Shown here one piece after another: positions 34,387 through 44,329 of a DNA stretch of 64,000 nt. The stretch covers positions 1,400 through 65,399 of the forward strand of contig JAAYAR010000066.1 of the NCBI GenBank assembly GCA_012719235.1, given 5' to 3'. Below the pieces are notes generated by a model, which saw only the letters and a list, made by a program, of their open reading frames with translations, did no database searches and was not told the DNA's origin. The DNA is from Clostridiales bacterium (GTDB lineage Bacteria; Bacillota; Clostridia; Oscillospirales; Oscillospiraceae). Both the position numbers and the translations under genes were made by a program. How positions within the stretch are numbered: position 1 is the first letter of the stretch; each line of letters begins with the position of its first letter.

Positions 34387-36090
34387 ATGAGTAAAACCCG
34401 TTCCGTATTGTGCGCCGTTTTAGCGCTTGCCATGATCTTCGCTTTTGCGGCATGCGGCAAGCCCGCCGACAATGGCGACAAGACCCCGCAGGGCACAGAA
34501 CCCGCAGGGACCCAATCACCCGGCGCATCCGGAGAACCCACCGATGCACTGCCCACTTCCCCGACGGGGACCGACATCGTGTACAACTCCACTCATCTTG
34601 TTTTCAGTATGGATGAGTTCGACAACAGACCCAGGCAGATCCAACCCGGCACCGAGCTGAATTTCCTTGCCGGCAACGACGTCCCCTCTCAGCTCCCCTG
34701 GAACTGTACGTCCGAGGGCTGGCTGTGGAGCAACGTATACGACGGTCTTCTGTACGCGTATCTCGGCGACGTGACCGATATCCGCGGCAGTATCGCAGAG
34801 AGCTGGGAGCATTCGGAAGATTATCTTACATGGACATTTAAGATCCGCGAGGGTGTAAAGTTCCATGACGGCACGATTTGCGACGCCCCCGCTATTGTGA
34901 GAGCCTGGGAGTATACACAGCAGGCTACCCCCGCAAATATCACGAACTTCCATATCGAATCATGGGAAGCCGAGGACGATCTGACCTTCGTCGTAAAGCT
35001 CTCTGCTCCCTGCGCGTATTTTGAACAGACCCTGGCCGGCATCCAGCTCGTACCCGTGAGCCCGACAGCGCTCGATATGTACGGCATCGGCGACAACAGA
35101 GCTGCCATCGGCACCGGCCCGTACTATATCTCCTCTTATACTTCGGGAACAAACATCCAGCTCAAAGCCTTTGCAGACTACTATCTCGAAGATAAGATGC
35201 CCAGCATCGAGACGATCAACTTCCCGATCATCGCAGACGAGAACACACTGACGATGGCCCTTATGAACGGCGACCTGGACGGCGCAAGACTGCGTTCCGT
35301 CGAGCAGTATTACAACCTGTCGGACAACGGATATGAAGGACAGATCGTTAAGACCATCGGCGGCGCGAACCCGCTGTGGCTCAACGCAAAGAAAATCGTC
35401 GAATTCCAGAAAAAAGAAGTCCGTATGGCCATCGACCGCTTTATTGACAACGCTGCTATCGACCAGCTCATAAACGACGGCCTGGGCATCGTCGGCGACA
35501 GCATCTGGCCTGTCGGCACCCCGGGTTATGTTCCGTATGACGGATTCTACTATGATCCCGATGAGGGCAACGAGCTTCTGGCATCTGTAGGCATGACAGC
35601 GGGCGACATCAAGTTCCACACCACGGTGCCCGATTTCGCGAAGAGCCAGTTCGAAGCGATCCAGGACCAGCTGTCCAAATCAGGCGTGGAGATCACCCTG
35701 GAGATCATTGAGGCCGAGGCAAACTTCACCTATCTGAGAAACGGAGACTGGTCCCTGCAGGTCGGTTCCACGGGCTACAGCAGCACAGGACCGTATCTCC
35801 CCTGGACCTATATTCTCAAGCCCGACGCCCTCATCAAACAGTGCTGGCAGGATGTTTACGATCCCGACCTGTATCAGAAGATGCTCGACGAGTACGATCT
35901 GATGGTCACCGCCTCCACCTGGGATGAGATGCTCGAGCACTGCAAACAGCTCACCGTCTATCAGCAGGAGGACTTCGGCGCTCTGGCGGGCATTCAGAAC
36001 CCCGGCTTTGTGGCATTCAGCAAGGAGTTCAAGGGCGTTGTCTTCACGACCGACAACATCTACCTGCAGGCATACTATATGTATGTGTAA
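34387..36090 (+). CDS. Family-5 (OppA/DppA/NikA-type) solute-binding lipoprotein, copy 1
   Basis: Lipobox LAMIFAFAAC, a Pro/Thr/Gly-rich linker, YLTWTFKIREGVKFHDGT and the shared YMYV tail. Confidence 0.85.
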   Translation: MSKTRSVLCAVLALAMIFAFAACGKPADNGDKTPQGTEPAGTQSPGASGEPTDALPTSPTGTDIVYNSTHLVFSMDEFDNRPRQIQPGTELNFLAGNDVPSQLPWNCTSEGWLWSNVYDGLLYAYLGDVTDIRGSIAESWEHSEDYLTWTFKIREGVKFHDGTICDAPAIVRAWEYTQQATPANITNFHIESWEAEDDLTFVVKLSAPCAYFEQTLAGIQLVPVSPTALDMYGIGDNRAAIGTGPYYISSYTSGTNIQLKAFADYYLEDKMPSIETINFPIIADENTLTMALMNGDLDGARLRSVEQYYNLSDNGYEGQIVKTIGGANPLWLNAKKIVEFQKKEVRMAIDRFIDNAAIDQLINDGLGIVGDSIWPVGTPGYVPYDGFYYDPDEGNELLASVGMTAGDIKFHTTVPDFAKSQFEAIQDQLSKSGVEITLEIIEAEANFTYLRNGDWSLQVGSTGYSSTGPYLPWTYILKPDALIKQCWQDVYDPDLYQKMLDEYDLMVTASTWDEMLEHCKQLTVYQQEDFGALAGIQNPGFVAFSKEFKGVVFTTDNIYLQAYYMYV

Positions 36091-36127
36091 TCAGGTAAAA
36101 GATAATATCGTATAAAAATCGTATAAA

Positions 36128-36165
36128 AAACGCCCGGCGGCCGCATTGGCTGCCGGGCGTTTGAT
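36128..36165 (+). terminator. Intrinsic terminator after SBP copy 1
   Basis: ACGCCCGGC-loop-GCCGGGCGT-TTGATCGTTT. Confidence 0.65.
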
Positions 36166-36228
36166 CGTTTCGAAGAACACTTGCTGCCTGACACGGACCG
36201 GGTTAAGACCCCGCCGCTGAGGGGCCGG

Positions 36229-36885
36229 TCAAGGGCTCAGCAGGCTTGAAGCGCCGCACCCCGCGTACGGGCGCAGCCTTTCCTCCAGCCGCATGAGCGA
36301 TTCCTCCGGACTGCGTCCGTACGCCCCGCGGACGATATCTTCACCAAAGACAAGCTCGGGCGGTGACAGCTCGGCTATCGGCCATCCGTACTCCTCCGAA
36401 CGCTTGTTTCTCCTGCGCGTAAAGCCGGAGATCGTGAGGTACGTTTGGATCTGGAGACGCGCGACAGCGCTTTGAAAACCCTTTTGTATTCCGGACAGAG
36501 CCTTTATCTCATATGACGGTATGGAATTTCGGTTTTCGAAGAGCTTCATAATGCACATGGAGGAATGGGGGGCCTTCCCGTCTTCATACAGCGCGTCAAA
36601 ATCATAGCCGTCGCGTCTGAGATTGGCAAAATCGGAATAGCAGTTCAAAGAGACGAACCCCGCTTTGCCTCCGAAAACCTTGCCGTAGGCGATCCTGCGG
36701 CCCGAGGCGATCCTGATGCGCCATTGCCAGGGGTCGTATTCGGGGTCGTCTGTCCACCATACCCGGCTGTCCGTTATCTCAGCGACAGAGAAACCGGGGA
36801 TCGGGCAAGGAAAAAAAGGGAGCATGCCGATCTCATCTATCAGCCCGACAAGTTCACTCAGTGTTTTTACGTGCGGGAGCGGCAT
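36229..36885 (-). CDS. Hypothetical protein (218 aa); possibly related to winged-helix AlkZ/YcaQ-like proteins
   Basis: The frame is coherent, with non-biased composition and a conserved-looking WWTDDPEYDPWQWR segment. I cannot assign a family with confidence. Confidence 0.55.
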   Translation of the reverse strand: MPLPHVKTLSELVGLIDEIGMLPFFPCPIPGFSVAEITDSRVWWTDDPEYDPWQWRIRIASGRRIAYGKVFGGKAGFVSLNCYSDFANLRRDGYDFDALYEDGKAPHSSMCIMKLFENRNSIPSYEIKALSGIQKGFQSAVARLQIQTYLTISGFTRRRNKRSEEYGWPIAELSPPELVFGEDIVRGAYGRSPEESLMRLEERLRPYAGCGASSLLSP

Positions 36886-37009
36886 CAGTATTCTCCTTCA
36901 ACTTCAACTTCATCATGATCGGAATGCGGCTGTAATATTCAGGGGACATGCACACATAAGATGTACAGTTATATAAGGCGTATATCTTTTGGTCGATGGG
37001 TGATGAGGT

Positions 37010-37924
37010 GTGTACAAGGCTGGATATCTCCTCGGCCGGTTTGAGCAGGCGGTCTCGGTCCTGCCGATGAGTCTGAGGCAGGCGGCGCTTCGCCTGCCTG
37101 CGGAGGACAGGCTGACAGCCGAGGAATTGCGCCTGAGAGCCGGACGGCCGCCCTGCGTCGTCCTTCCCGGCCGTGAGAGGGAACTGCTCGACCGGGCGGT
37201 TACAGGCAGCGACATCATGTCCGTGATCGAGATCGCGACGAAAGCTTCCGCACACTGGGCCCTGAGCAACGTGTGTTCGGGCTTTATCACGATCGAGGGC
37301 GGGCACAGGCTGGGCCTGTGCGGGACAGCCGTGATGAAGGAAGGGGATGTCATGAACCTAAGAGACGTATCGTCGGTCTGCCTGAGGATCGCAAAGGAGA
37401 ACCGGGGCATAGCTGCACCCCTCCTGGGGCAATTGACAAAGAGCGGAGTACCGACAGATACGTTGATCATAGCGCCTCCTGGGGGAGGAAAAACGACTTT
37501 TCTTCGCGATCTCGTGCGGCTGCTGTCAGACGGGGCATCGGGTACGTACACCCGGGTGGCGCTTGCAGACGAGCGGGGGGAGGTGGCTGCCTGCTGCGCG
37601 GGTGTACCGCAGCTGGATGTGGGGTCGCGGACAGACGTGCTGACAGGCTGCCCCAAAGACAAAGCTGTCATGATGCTGCTGCGTTCGATGTCGCCGGGCC
37701 TTGTGGCTGTGGACGAGATAACGGCCCCCGAGGACCTGGGAGCGATGCGGGCGGCCGCAAACTGCGGCGTCCGGCTGCTGGCTACCGCACACGCCGAAGA
37801 TACCCGGGACCTTCTCCGCAGGCCGCTGTACAAAGAACTCCTTGAGAGCCGGTTGTTTAGTAAGGCTGTAACAATCACCGTTGTACACGGAAAGAGGGAA
37901 TACAGGGTGGAAGACCTTGATTAA
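37010..37924 (+). CDS. spoIIIAA: Stage III sporulation protein AA (ATPase)
   Basis: EELRLRAGRPP, GFITIEGGHRLGLCG, Walker A IIAPPGGGKTTFLRD, and DEI (Walker B). Confidence 0.85.
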   Translation: MYKAGYLLGRFEQAVSVLPMSLRQAALRLPAEDRLTAEELRLRAGRPPCVVLPGRERELLDRAVTGSDIMSVIEIATKASAHWALSNVCSGFITIEGGHRLGLCGTAVMKEGDVMNLRDVSSVCLRIAKENRGIAAPLLGQLTKSGVPTDTLIIAPPGGGKTTFLRDLVRLLSDGASGTYTRVALADERGEVAACCAGVPQLDVGSRTDVLTGCPKDKAVMMLLRSMSPGLVAVDEITAPEDLGAMRAAANCGVRLLATAHAEDTRDLLRRPLYKELLESRLFSKAVTITVVHGKREYRVEDLD

Positions 37925-38429
37925 GCTGCTTGGGGCCGTCCTGCTCGTAGGTGTGACTACGTGGGTCGGAGTGAACGCTTCGTTCAGGCTCAGACAGCGC
38001 GAGCGCGCCGCTCGCGCATTTGCGTCCGCGCTCGAACAGCTGGCCGCGGAGCTGTCTTTCGAAATGGCCAGGATCCCGGACGTGCTGTTGAAGCTTTCAA
38101 AAACGGCGCCGGAGATAACACGCCCGTTTTTTCATATGTGCGTTAACGCGACAAAGCAGATCGGCGAGCTGCCGTTTTCCGTGATCTGGAGAGAGTCGCT
38201 CCTTAAGTCCCATACCGGGCTTGGAGATGAGGAGCGTCTGGAAGTGATTCAAGCGGGCGTTATTCTGGGCCGATATGGCATTGAGGCGCAGCTGGGCGCC
38301 GTGATGAACTGTATTCAGCGCCTCAGAGCGCTGGCTGACGAGGCCTCGGTGATGAACCGCGACAAAGGGAAGGTGTACACCGCGCTGGGCATATGTTCGG
38401 GCATTATGGCTGTTATCGTACTCTTATGA
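37917..38429 (+). CDS. spoIIIAB: Stage III sporulation protein AB
   Basis: From the in-frame TTG at 37917 the product starts MIKLLGAVLLVGVTTWVG, matching the canonical SpoIIIAB N-terminus. This start overlaps the spoIIIAA stop. The longest frame starts at 37881. Confidence 0.8.
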   Translation: MIKLLGAVLLVGVTTWVGVNASFRLRQRERAARAFASALEQLAAELSFEMARIPDVLLKLSKTAPEITRPFFHMCVNATKQIGELPFSVIWRESLLKSHTGLGDEERLEVIQAGVILGRYGIEAQLGAVMNCIQRLRALADEASVMNRDKGKVYTALGICSGIMAVIVLL

Positions 38430-38557
38430 ACTGATGCCGAAAACCGCGGACATACAAAACTATACTCTTTATCACGGATAAATACAATCGTATCACAAAC
38501 TGCCGGGCTCAGCCGGGATCCCGGCAACAGGGCCGCGTATACAAGCGGCGGGACCGC

Positions 38558-38587
38558 GTATCAAATCTCATACCTCGGGAAATACTC
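38558..38587 (+). promoter_or_regulatory. Possible forespore (sigma-F/G-type) promoter for sigG
   Basis: GTATC, 15 nt, GGAAATACTC, resembling the sigma-F consensus GYATA-N15-GGnRAnAnTW. It lies about 45 nt upstream of the sigG ATG. Confidence 0.35.
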
Positions 38588-38632
38588 TGACCATGGTGAG
38601 CCGCCTGCGGGCGACAACACAGAGAACGAGGT

Positions 38633-39418
38633 ATGGATACAATGCAGAACAAGGTAGAGATCTGCGGCGTCAACACATCCCGACTTAAAGTGCTCAAGAA
38701 TAAGGAAACGCTCGAACTGCTCGAGCGGGCAAAGCAGGGTGATAAAAAAGCAAGGGAGGAGCTCATAGGCGGAAATCTGAGGCTCGTACTGTCGGTCATT
38801 CAGAAGTTCGTCGGCAGAGGGGAACCTCCGGACGATCTGTTTCAGGTGGGGTGTATCGGACTGATCAAAGCGATCGATCATTTTGACACCTCCCTTATGG
38901 TAAAATTCAGCACATACGGTGTGCCGATGATCATCGGAGAAATACGCAGGTATCTGCGTGACAACAGCTCTATCAGGGTCAGCCGCAGCGTTAGGGATAC
39001 GGCTTACCGCGTGATGCAGGCCAGAGAGGCCCTGGTCAACGAACACAACAGGGAACCGAAGATCGAAGAGATAGCCGAGCGCCTCGGTATCCGAAGGGAA
39101 GAGGTCGTCTATGCTATCGACGCCATCGCGGATCCCGTCTCGCTATATGAACCGGTCTATTCCGGGACAGACGATCCGGTATACGTGATGGATCAGATCA
39201 AAGACAAGCGGAATACCGACGAGGAGTGGCTTGAGCAGATCTCTCTGAAAGACGCGCTGGACAGGCTCGACAAGAGGGAGCAGCGTATCCTCGCTCTGCG
39301 GTTCTACGAAGGAAAAACGCAGATGGAAGTCAGCAGGGAGATCGGGATCAGCCAGGCGCAGGTCAGCCGCCTTGAAAAGGGGGCCATAAGTCAGATCAAA
39401 AAATTTTCGAGGGAATAA
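38633..39418 (+). CDS. sigG: Sporulation sigma factor SigG
   Basis: NKVEICGVNTSRLKVLKN, GNLRLVLSVIQKF, DDLFQVGCIGLIKAIDHFD, FSTYGVPMIIGEIRRYLRDN and ISQAQVSRLEK closely match the SigG signature. Confidence 0.88.
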   Translation: MDTMQNKVEICGVNTSRLKVLKNKETLELLERAKQGDKKAREELIGGNLRLVLSVIQKFVGRGEPPDDLFQVGCIGLIKAIDHFDTSLMVKFSTYGVPMIIGEIRRYLRDNSSIRVSRSVRDTAYRVMQAREALVNEHNREPKIEEIAERLGIRREEVVYAIDAIADPVSLYEPVYSGTDDPVYVMDQIKDKRNTDEEWLEQISLKDALDRLDKREQRILALRFYEGKTQMEVSREIGISQAQVSRLEKGAISQIKKFSRE

Positions 39419-39496
39419 TTTCACGTACTTTACAGAATACTTCTTTTCCCATATAATTAACGAGAACGAATATTCTGTTTATATGTCGGAAAGAAG

Positions 39497-40717
39497 GTGA
39501 AGTGCGGAGTGCACCCACAGATTAGGAAGAAATGCAGGGACTTCTGCGAGCATATGGAAGCGGTCACGGGGGTGCGCTGCGCGACCGTAGATATTGCCGA
39601 GGAGACAGTCCTTTACGGTACGGACAACAAGCCCCGGTTTTGCACCAAATGCCAGAACAAAGATTGCCAGGAGATCAGCGTCCATCTTTACGGCCTGAAC
39701 GAGGCGTGCAGATGGCAGGGAAGATATATTTACCACTGTCCGATCGGGATAATATTCTCATGCGCGGCCATACTGGACTGGGACAAGAAACTGAGCGGAG
39801 GTTTTGTTATAGGGCCGATCCTTATGGGGGATCTCCAGGATATGCTCTTTGATTTCCCGTACTCTTCGATGGAGGAGGATCTGAGCAAGCTGCCCCGCTA
39901 TTCCTCATCCGCAATCCAACACATGACCGAGGCATTTTCAATGTTCGCCAGCGCGTACAGCCAGGCCGACCACACCGGGGATCTGCTTTTCAACCAGCAC
40001 AATTACCTTAACACGCTGTACCAGGTAAAGGATCTTTACAAGAGCGAAACGGTCCCCGAGTTTCCCAAAGAGATCGAGGATCAGCTTGTCGAGCACATCC
40101 GCAAGGGCAGAAAGGCCGAATCACAGGAGCTGCTCAACGAACTGCTGGGCCACATCTATTTCGCTTCGGATTTCAAGCTGAACGAAGTTAAATCAAAGAT
40201 GCTGGACCTTATCGCCGTCCTCTCCCGCGCTGCAATCGCTTCCGGCGCGGATGTCGGCGAGATATTCCGGTTCAGTACACAGTCGATACTCGATATCGAG
40301 CATTTAAACGGCATAGACGACGTCGGCCTGTGGTGCTCCGGCATCCTGCACCGGTATATCACGTCGGCATTTGACCAGCCGCAGATCAAGCACTCCGATA
40401 TGGTTTTCAAGGTAACGGACTATATCAAAAACCACTATCGAGAGAAGCTGACTCTTGACGAGATCGCGCGGTACGTCAACCTGAGCAGTTCTTACCTGAG
40501 CAGCATCTTTAAGAAAGAGACCGGTGAAAACCTTACGTCATATATCAATCGCGTGAAGATAGAAAACTGTAAGCGTCTCCTGCGCGAGACCAACCACAGC
40601 CTGTCATATATCGCGCACGAATGCTGTTTTGACGACCAGAGCTATTTTTCGAAAGTGTTTAAGAAATATGCCGGAGAATCTCCGAAAAACTACAGGCTAA
40701 ATACCCGAAGGAGATAA
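39497..40717 (+). CDS. AraC-family transcriptional regulator with N-terminal PocR-type sensory domain
   Basis: The N-terminus is Cys-rich and PocR-like (FCTKCQNKDCQ...HCPIGIIFSCAAI). The C-terminus is a double HTH (LTLDEIARYVNLSSSYLSSIFKKETG...SLSYIAHECCFDDQSYFSKVFKK). Confidence 0.85.
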   Translation: MKCGVHPQIRKKCRDFCEHMEAVTGVRCATVDIAEETVLYGTDNKPRFCTKCQNKDCQEISVHLYGLNEACRWQGRYIYHCPIGIIFSCAAILDWDKKLSGGFVIGPILMGDLQDMLFDFPYSSMEEDLSKLPRYSSSAIQHMTEAFSMFASAYSQADHTGDLLFNQHNYLNTLYQVKDLYKSETVPEFPKEIEDQLVEHIRKGRKAESQELLNELLGHIYFASDFKLNEVKSKMLDLIAVLSRAAIASGADVGEIFRFSTQSILDIEHLNGIDDVGLWCSGILHRYITSAFDQPQIKHSDMVFKVTDYIKNHYREKLTLDEIARYVNLSSSYLSSIFKKETGENLTSYINRVKIENCKRLLRETNHSLSYIAHECCFDDQSYFSKVFKKYAGESPKNYRLNTRRR

Positions 40718-40829
40718 AAACATTCCCTTTTATCGTAAAGTATTTATAGAATTCATGTTGACTTGCGATGTAGAATAGAGTAAAGTTATCATACTTAATA
40801 TAGTTACTATAAATTAAGGAGGAACAATA

Positions 40830-41468
40830 ATGTCCATACTCGAAGAGATTTCTTCGGCACTGCAAAGAGGCAAGAGAAAAGAAGTTACCCAGCTTGTACA
40901 GCAGGCAATTGATGAGGGCCTCAGCGCCGCTAAGATCCTTGAGGAAGGCCTGCTTGCCGGGATGAGCGTCATCGGCGGCAAGTTTAAGAACAATGAAGTT
41001 TTCGTACCTGAAGTTCTCGTCGCAGCCCGCTGCATGAACGCCGGCAGCGCTCTTTTGAAGCCGCTCCTGCAAGAGGAAGGCGCAGAGCCTCTCGGAACCG
41101 TCTGCCTCGGCACGGTTAAGGGAGACCTTCATGATATCGGCAAGAACATTGTCCGCATGATGGTCGAAGGAAAAGGCATTAATGTTATCGACCTCGGAGT
41201 TGACGTTGAGTCCGAGAAATTTGTCGAGTGTGCGAAAGAGAACAACTGCAAGCTGGTTCTTTGCTCGGCTCTTCTGACCACAACAATGCCCGCCCTGAAA
41301 GAAGTCATCGAGAAGTTCGTCGAGGCCGGCTACCGCGACCAGGTCAAGATCATGGTCGGCGGCGCCCCCGTGACCCAGAGCTTCGCTGACAGCATCGGCG
41401 CCGACGCCTACACCCCCGACGCAGCTTCCTGCGCGGAGAAAGCGGCCGAGCTCCTCAGGGCCATGTAA
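40830..41468 (+). CDS. Corrinoid (B12-binding) protein of the methyltransferase-cognate type (MtaC/MtbC/MttC-like)
   Basis: 212 aa. It has an N-terminal helical cap and a Rossmann domain with DLHDIGKNIV (DxHxxG), SALLTTTM and MVGGAP. Confidence 0.9.
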   Translation: MSILEEISSALQRGKRKEVTQLVQQAIDEGLSAAKILEEGLLAGMSVIGGKFKNNEVFVPEVLVAARCMNAGSALLKPLLQEEGAEPLGTVCLGTVKGDLHDIGKNIVRMMVEGKGINVIDLGVDVESEKFVECAKENNCKLVLCSALLTTTMPALKEVIEKFVEAGYRDQVKIMVGGAPVTQSFADSIGADAYTPDAASCAEKAAELLRAM

Positions 41469-41508
41469 CCTTCGGACTTTATATAGTCTTATATTAGTTG
41501 GATGATAC

Positions 41509-41543
41509 TTCGGCAAGCAGCCTTGGCTGCTTGCCGAATTTCG
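41509..41543 (+). terminator. Intrinsic terminator after the corrinoid protein gene
   Basis: TTCGGCAAGCAGCC-tt-GGCTGCTTGCCGAA-TTTCG. Confidence 0.7.
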
Positions 41544-41750
41544 CTGATAAGCCTGAACGGCGCATATCGCGCGCCCGCGCGCTGCCGTTTATAACTCATG
41601 CCGGACCGCAGAGTCCGGCATGAATATGAGGTGTTACGGCCGGATCCGCTCTGGCGGGAAGTAAAGCGGCAGGACACCGCTGCGGAGCATTGTTGGATCC
41701 CGATCCCCGGTGGCGGCGGAATGAACGGGACGCGTGTCCCGTTACGGAGC

Positions 41751-42782
41751 TCAGATGCTCCGCCCGTGGTATTCCGCGTAGAACCGGTCGTAATCGTCAA
41801 GCATGTACTTTAAAAGGTTCGGGGTGTCAAGCTCGTAGGGGCAGTGATCTTTGCAGTGGTTGCAGCCGATGCAGTCGTCTATCCTGTGCATCATTTTCCG
41901 GTATTCCTCGCTCATAAAGGCCGCGCTCGGCGCGCGCCTGAGAAGCCTCTCCATTCTGGCGGCCTGCGGGATATCTATACCGGCAGGGCAGGGCAGACAG
42001 TATCCGCAGGAACGGCAGAAGCTGCCCAGAAGCTCGGCCCTGTCTTTTTCGATAATTGCGCGTGAGGCGTCGTCCATCTGCGGGTCCTCCCTGTCAAGAG
42101 CCAGGAATTCCTCGAGCTCCCACATGTGCTGCATGCCCCATATGGGGACGACGTTATCAAACTGGCGGATGAAGCAGTAGCAGGCTCTGGCACTGGTCAG
42201 CATGCCGCCCGCGAGCCCCTTCATAGCGATGAAACCGACGTCTGCAGCTTTTGCGCGCCCGGCCAGCGCTATTTCGCGGTCGGAACCTATGTAGGAAAAC
42301 GGGAACTGGACAGTCTCGAACAGGCCACTGTCCACGGCCTGCTCGGCAACATCGATGCGGTGGCTCGTGACCCCTACGTGGAGGACTTTCCCCGCTTTGA
42401 CGGCGTCCATGGCGGCCGCGTACGCGCTCTGCTCGTCGGAAGGATCGGGAACTTCTTTTATATTATGAAGCTGAAGAAGATCGATATAGTCTGTTTTCAG
42501 CTGCATGAGGCTCTGGTCTATGTGCTTTTCGGCTGTTGACCTGTCGGTCGCCCCCGTTTTTGTTGAGATCACGATATCGTGCCGCACGCCGGACAGAGCC
42601 GCGCCGATCTTTATTTCGCTGTCCGTATAGGCGTTAGCGGTATCGTAATAGTTGATGCCGGCGTCATACGCTCTTTGCAGGATGCGCACGGCTTCTTCCA
42701 TGGGCGTACGCTGCAGGGGCAGCACGCCGAAGGCTGTTTTTGTCACCATGAGTCCGGTCTTGCCGAGTCTGATCTTTCGCAT
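41751..42782 (-). CDS. Aldo/keto reductase with C-terminal Fe-S cluster domain
   Basis: MRKIRLGKTGLMVTKTAFGVLPLQR is an AKR N-terminus. The C-terminus has CRSCGYCLPCP and CIGCNHCKDHCP. Confidence 0.9.
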   Translation of the reverse strand: MRKIRLGKTGLMVTKTAFGVLPLQRTPMEEAVRILQRAYDAGINYYDTANAYTDSEIKIGAALSGVRHDIVISTKTGATDRSTAEKHIDQSLMQLKTDYIDLLQLHNIKEVPDPSDEQSAYAAAMDAVKAGKVLHVGVTSHRIDVAEQAVDSGLFETVQFPFSYIGSDREIALAGRAKAADVGFIAMKGLAGGMLTSARACYCFIRQFDNVVPIWGMQHMWELEEFLALDREDPQMDDASRAIIEKDRAELLGSFCRSCGYCLPCPAGIDIPQAARMERLLRRAPSAAFMSEEYRKMMHRIDDCIGCNHCKDHCPYELDTPNLLKYMLDDYDRFYAEYHGRSI

Positions 42783-42884
42783 TTTAAATCCTCCGATGTA
42801 TCAATGCTCTGCGCGTTTTTCCGCGCAGCCGCGGATTTTTCTGATAGGACAATAACATATGGCGCGATCAAATAAAAGCGTAAT

Positions 42885-42922
42885 GGAAAAGCTCCGCTTG
42901 CGGTATACCGGACGGCGGAGCC
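42885..42922 (-). terminator. Probable terminator after mgtE
   Basis: Minus strand: GGCTCCGC-loop-GCGGAGC followed by TTTTCC. Confidence 0.5.
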
Positions 42923-42936
42923 TGATTTTTTCGGCG

Positions 42937-44313
42937 CTATATTCGCAATATGAGCGTAGCGATACGGAAGTATATCAGCAGCGTAAGGGCGTCAAGCGCG
43001 GTCGTTATGATCGGGCTCGCCATGACCGCGGGGTCGAAACCGACCTTCGCCGCCACCATGGGCAGTACGCAGCCTATGACTTTGGCCACGAGCACTACGA
43101 CCACAAGCGTTATACTGACTACGAGCGCTACGGGCACCGTCACCGAATAGTTTTGCAGGATAAGGCGGTCTACAAGCATTATCTTGCAAAAGCCCGCGAT
43201 CGCGAGGGTCACGCCGCAGAACAAGGAGACGCGGACCTCTTTCCATACGACTCTAAGAAGGTCGCTGAACTGGATCTCGTTCAACGATAGGTTTCGGATC
43301 GCTGTGACCGAGGACTGACTGCCCGAGTTGCCGCCGGTGCCCATGAGCATGGGAACAAACGACATGAGCGCGACCTGCGCGGCGAGCGCGTGCTCATAGT
43401 TTGTTATTATGAGCCCCGTAAACGTGGCGGAGATCATCAGCAGAAGCAGCCAGGGGATGCGGTTGAGCCAGAGCCTGTATACCTCCGTCTTCAGATACGG
43501 TTTCTCGGACGGCGTCATACCGGCCATTTTCTCGATGTCTTCGGTGGCCTCTTCGGTAATGACCTCAAAGGCGTCGTCAAACGTCACTATGCCGACGAGC
43601 CGGTTCTCTTTGTCCACCACCGGCATAGCGTCAAAGTTATACTTTGAGATCATCAGCGCAACTTCCTCTTTGTCCTGGGTCGTTGTAACGCTGATGACGT
43701 TTGACTCCATCTTGTCGCGGACGTACGCGTCCGGGTCGGACAGGATTATGGTGCGTATGGATATGGCGCCGATAAGCCGCTTGCTGCGGTCTGTGACATA
43801 GCAGGTGTTTATTGTCTCTTTATCTATACCGGTGCGGCGTATATGGTCCTCGGCCTCCCGGATGGTCATATCCGGCCTGAGGTCCACGTACTCCGTCGTC
43901 ATGATGCTGCCGGCCGAGTCCTCGGGGTATTTGAGTATTTCGTTGATCAGTTTGCGCGTGTCGGGGTCGGCCTGCTGCAGGATGCGCTTGACAACGTTCG
44001 CGGGCATCTCCTCGACCAGATCAACAGCATCATCAATGTACATTTCGTTGACTACAGCCTTCAGCTCGCTGTCCGAAAATCCCCGTATGAGCAGTTCCTG
44101 AAGATCGGAATCCATCTCAACGAAGGACTCGGCCGCAAGCTCTTTAGGCAGCAGCCTGAACAGCAGGGGCAGTAATTTTTCACCCAACTCGTCGAACACG
44201 TAGGCTATGTCCGAGGGGTTCATCGTTATCAGCACTTCCCGCAGCGCGGAGTATTTCTTCGCGGCGGCCAGAGCCGAGAGCGTGCTTTCAAGTGTGGCTG
44301 TTCTTTCTGTCAT
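42937..44313 (-). CDS. mgtE: Magnesium transporter MgtE
   Basis: An N-domain, tandem CBS domains (YPEDSAGSIMTTEYV..., FDAMPVVDKENRLVGIVTFDD) and five TM helices with GTGGNSGSQS. The ATG at 44313 follows GGAAAGGAGA. Confidence 0.92.
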   Translation of the reverse strand: MTERTATLESTLSALAAAKKYSALREVLITMNPSDIAYVFDELGEKLLPLLFRLLPKELAAESFVEMDSDLQELLIRGFSDSELKAVVNEMYIDDAVDLVEEMPANVVKRILQQADPDTRKLINEILKYPEDSAGSIMTTEYVDLRPDMTIREAEDHIRRTGIDKETINTCYVTDRSKRLIGAISIRTIILSDPDAYVRDKMESNVISVTTTQDKEEVALMISKYNFDAMPVVDKENRLVGIVTFDDAFEVITEEATEDIEKMAGMTPSEKPYLKTEVYRLWLNRIPWLLLLMISATFTGLIITNYEHALAAQVALMSFVPMLMGTGGNSGSQSSVTAIRNLSLNEIQFSDLLRVVWKEVRVSLFCGVTLAIAGFCKIMLVDRLILQNYSVTVPVALVVSITLVVVVLVAKVIGCVLPMVAAKVGFDPAVMASPIITTALDALTLLIYFRIATLILRI

Positions 44314-44329
44314 CGCCTTATCTCCTTTC

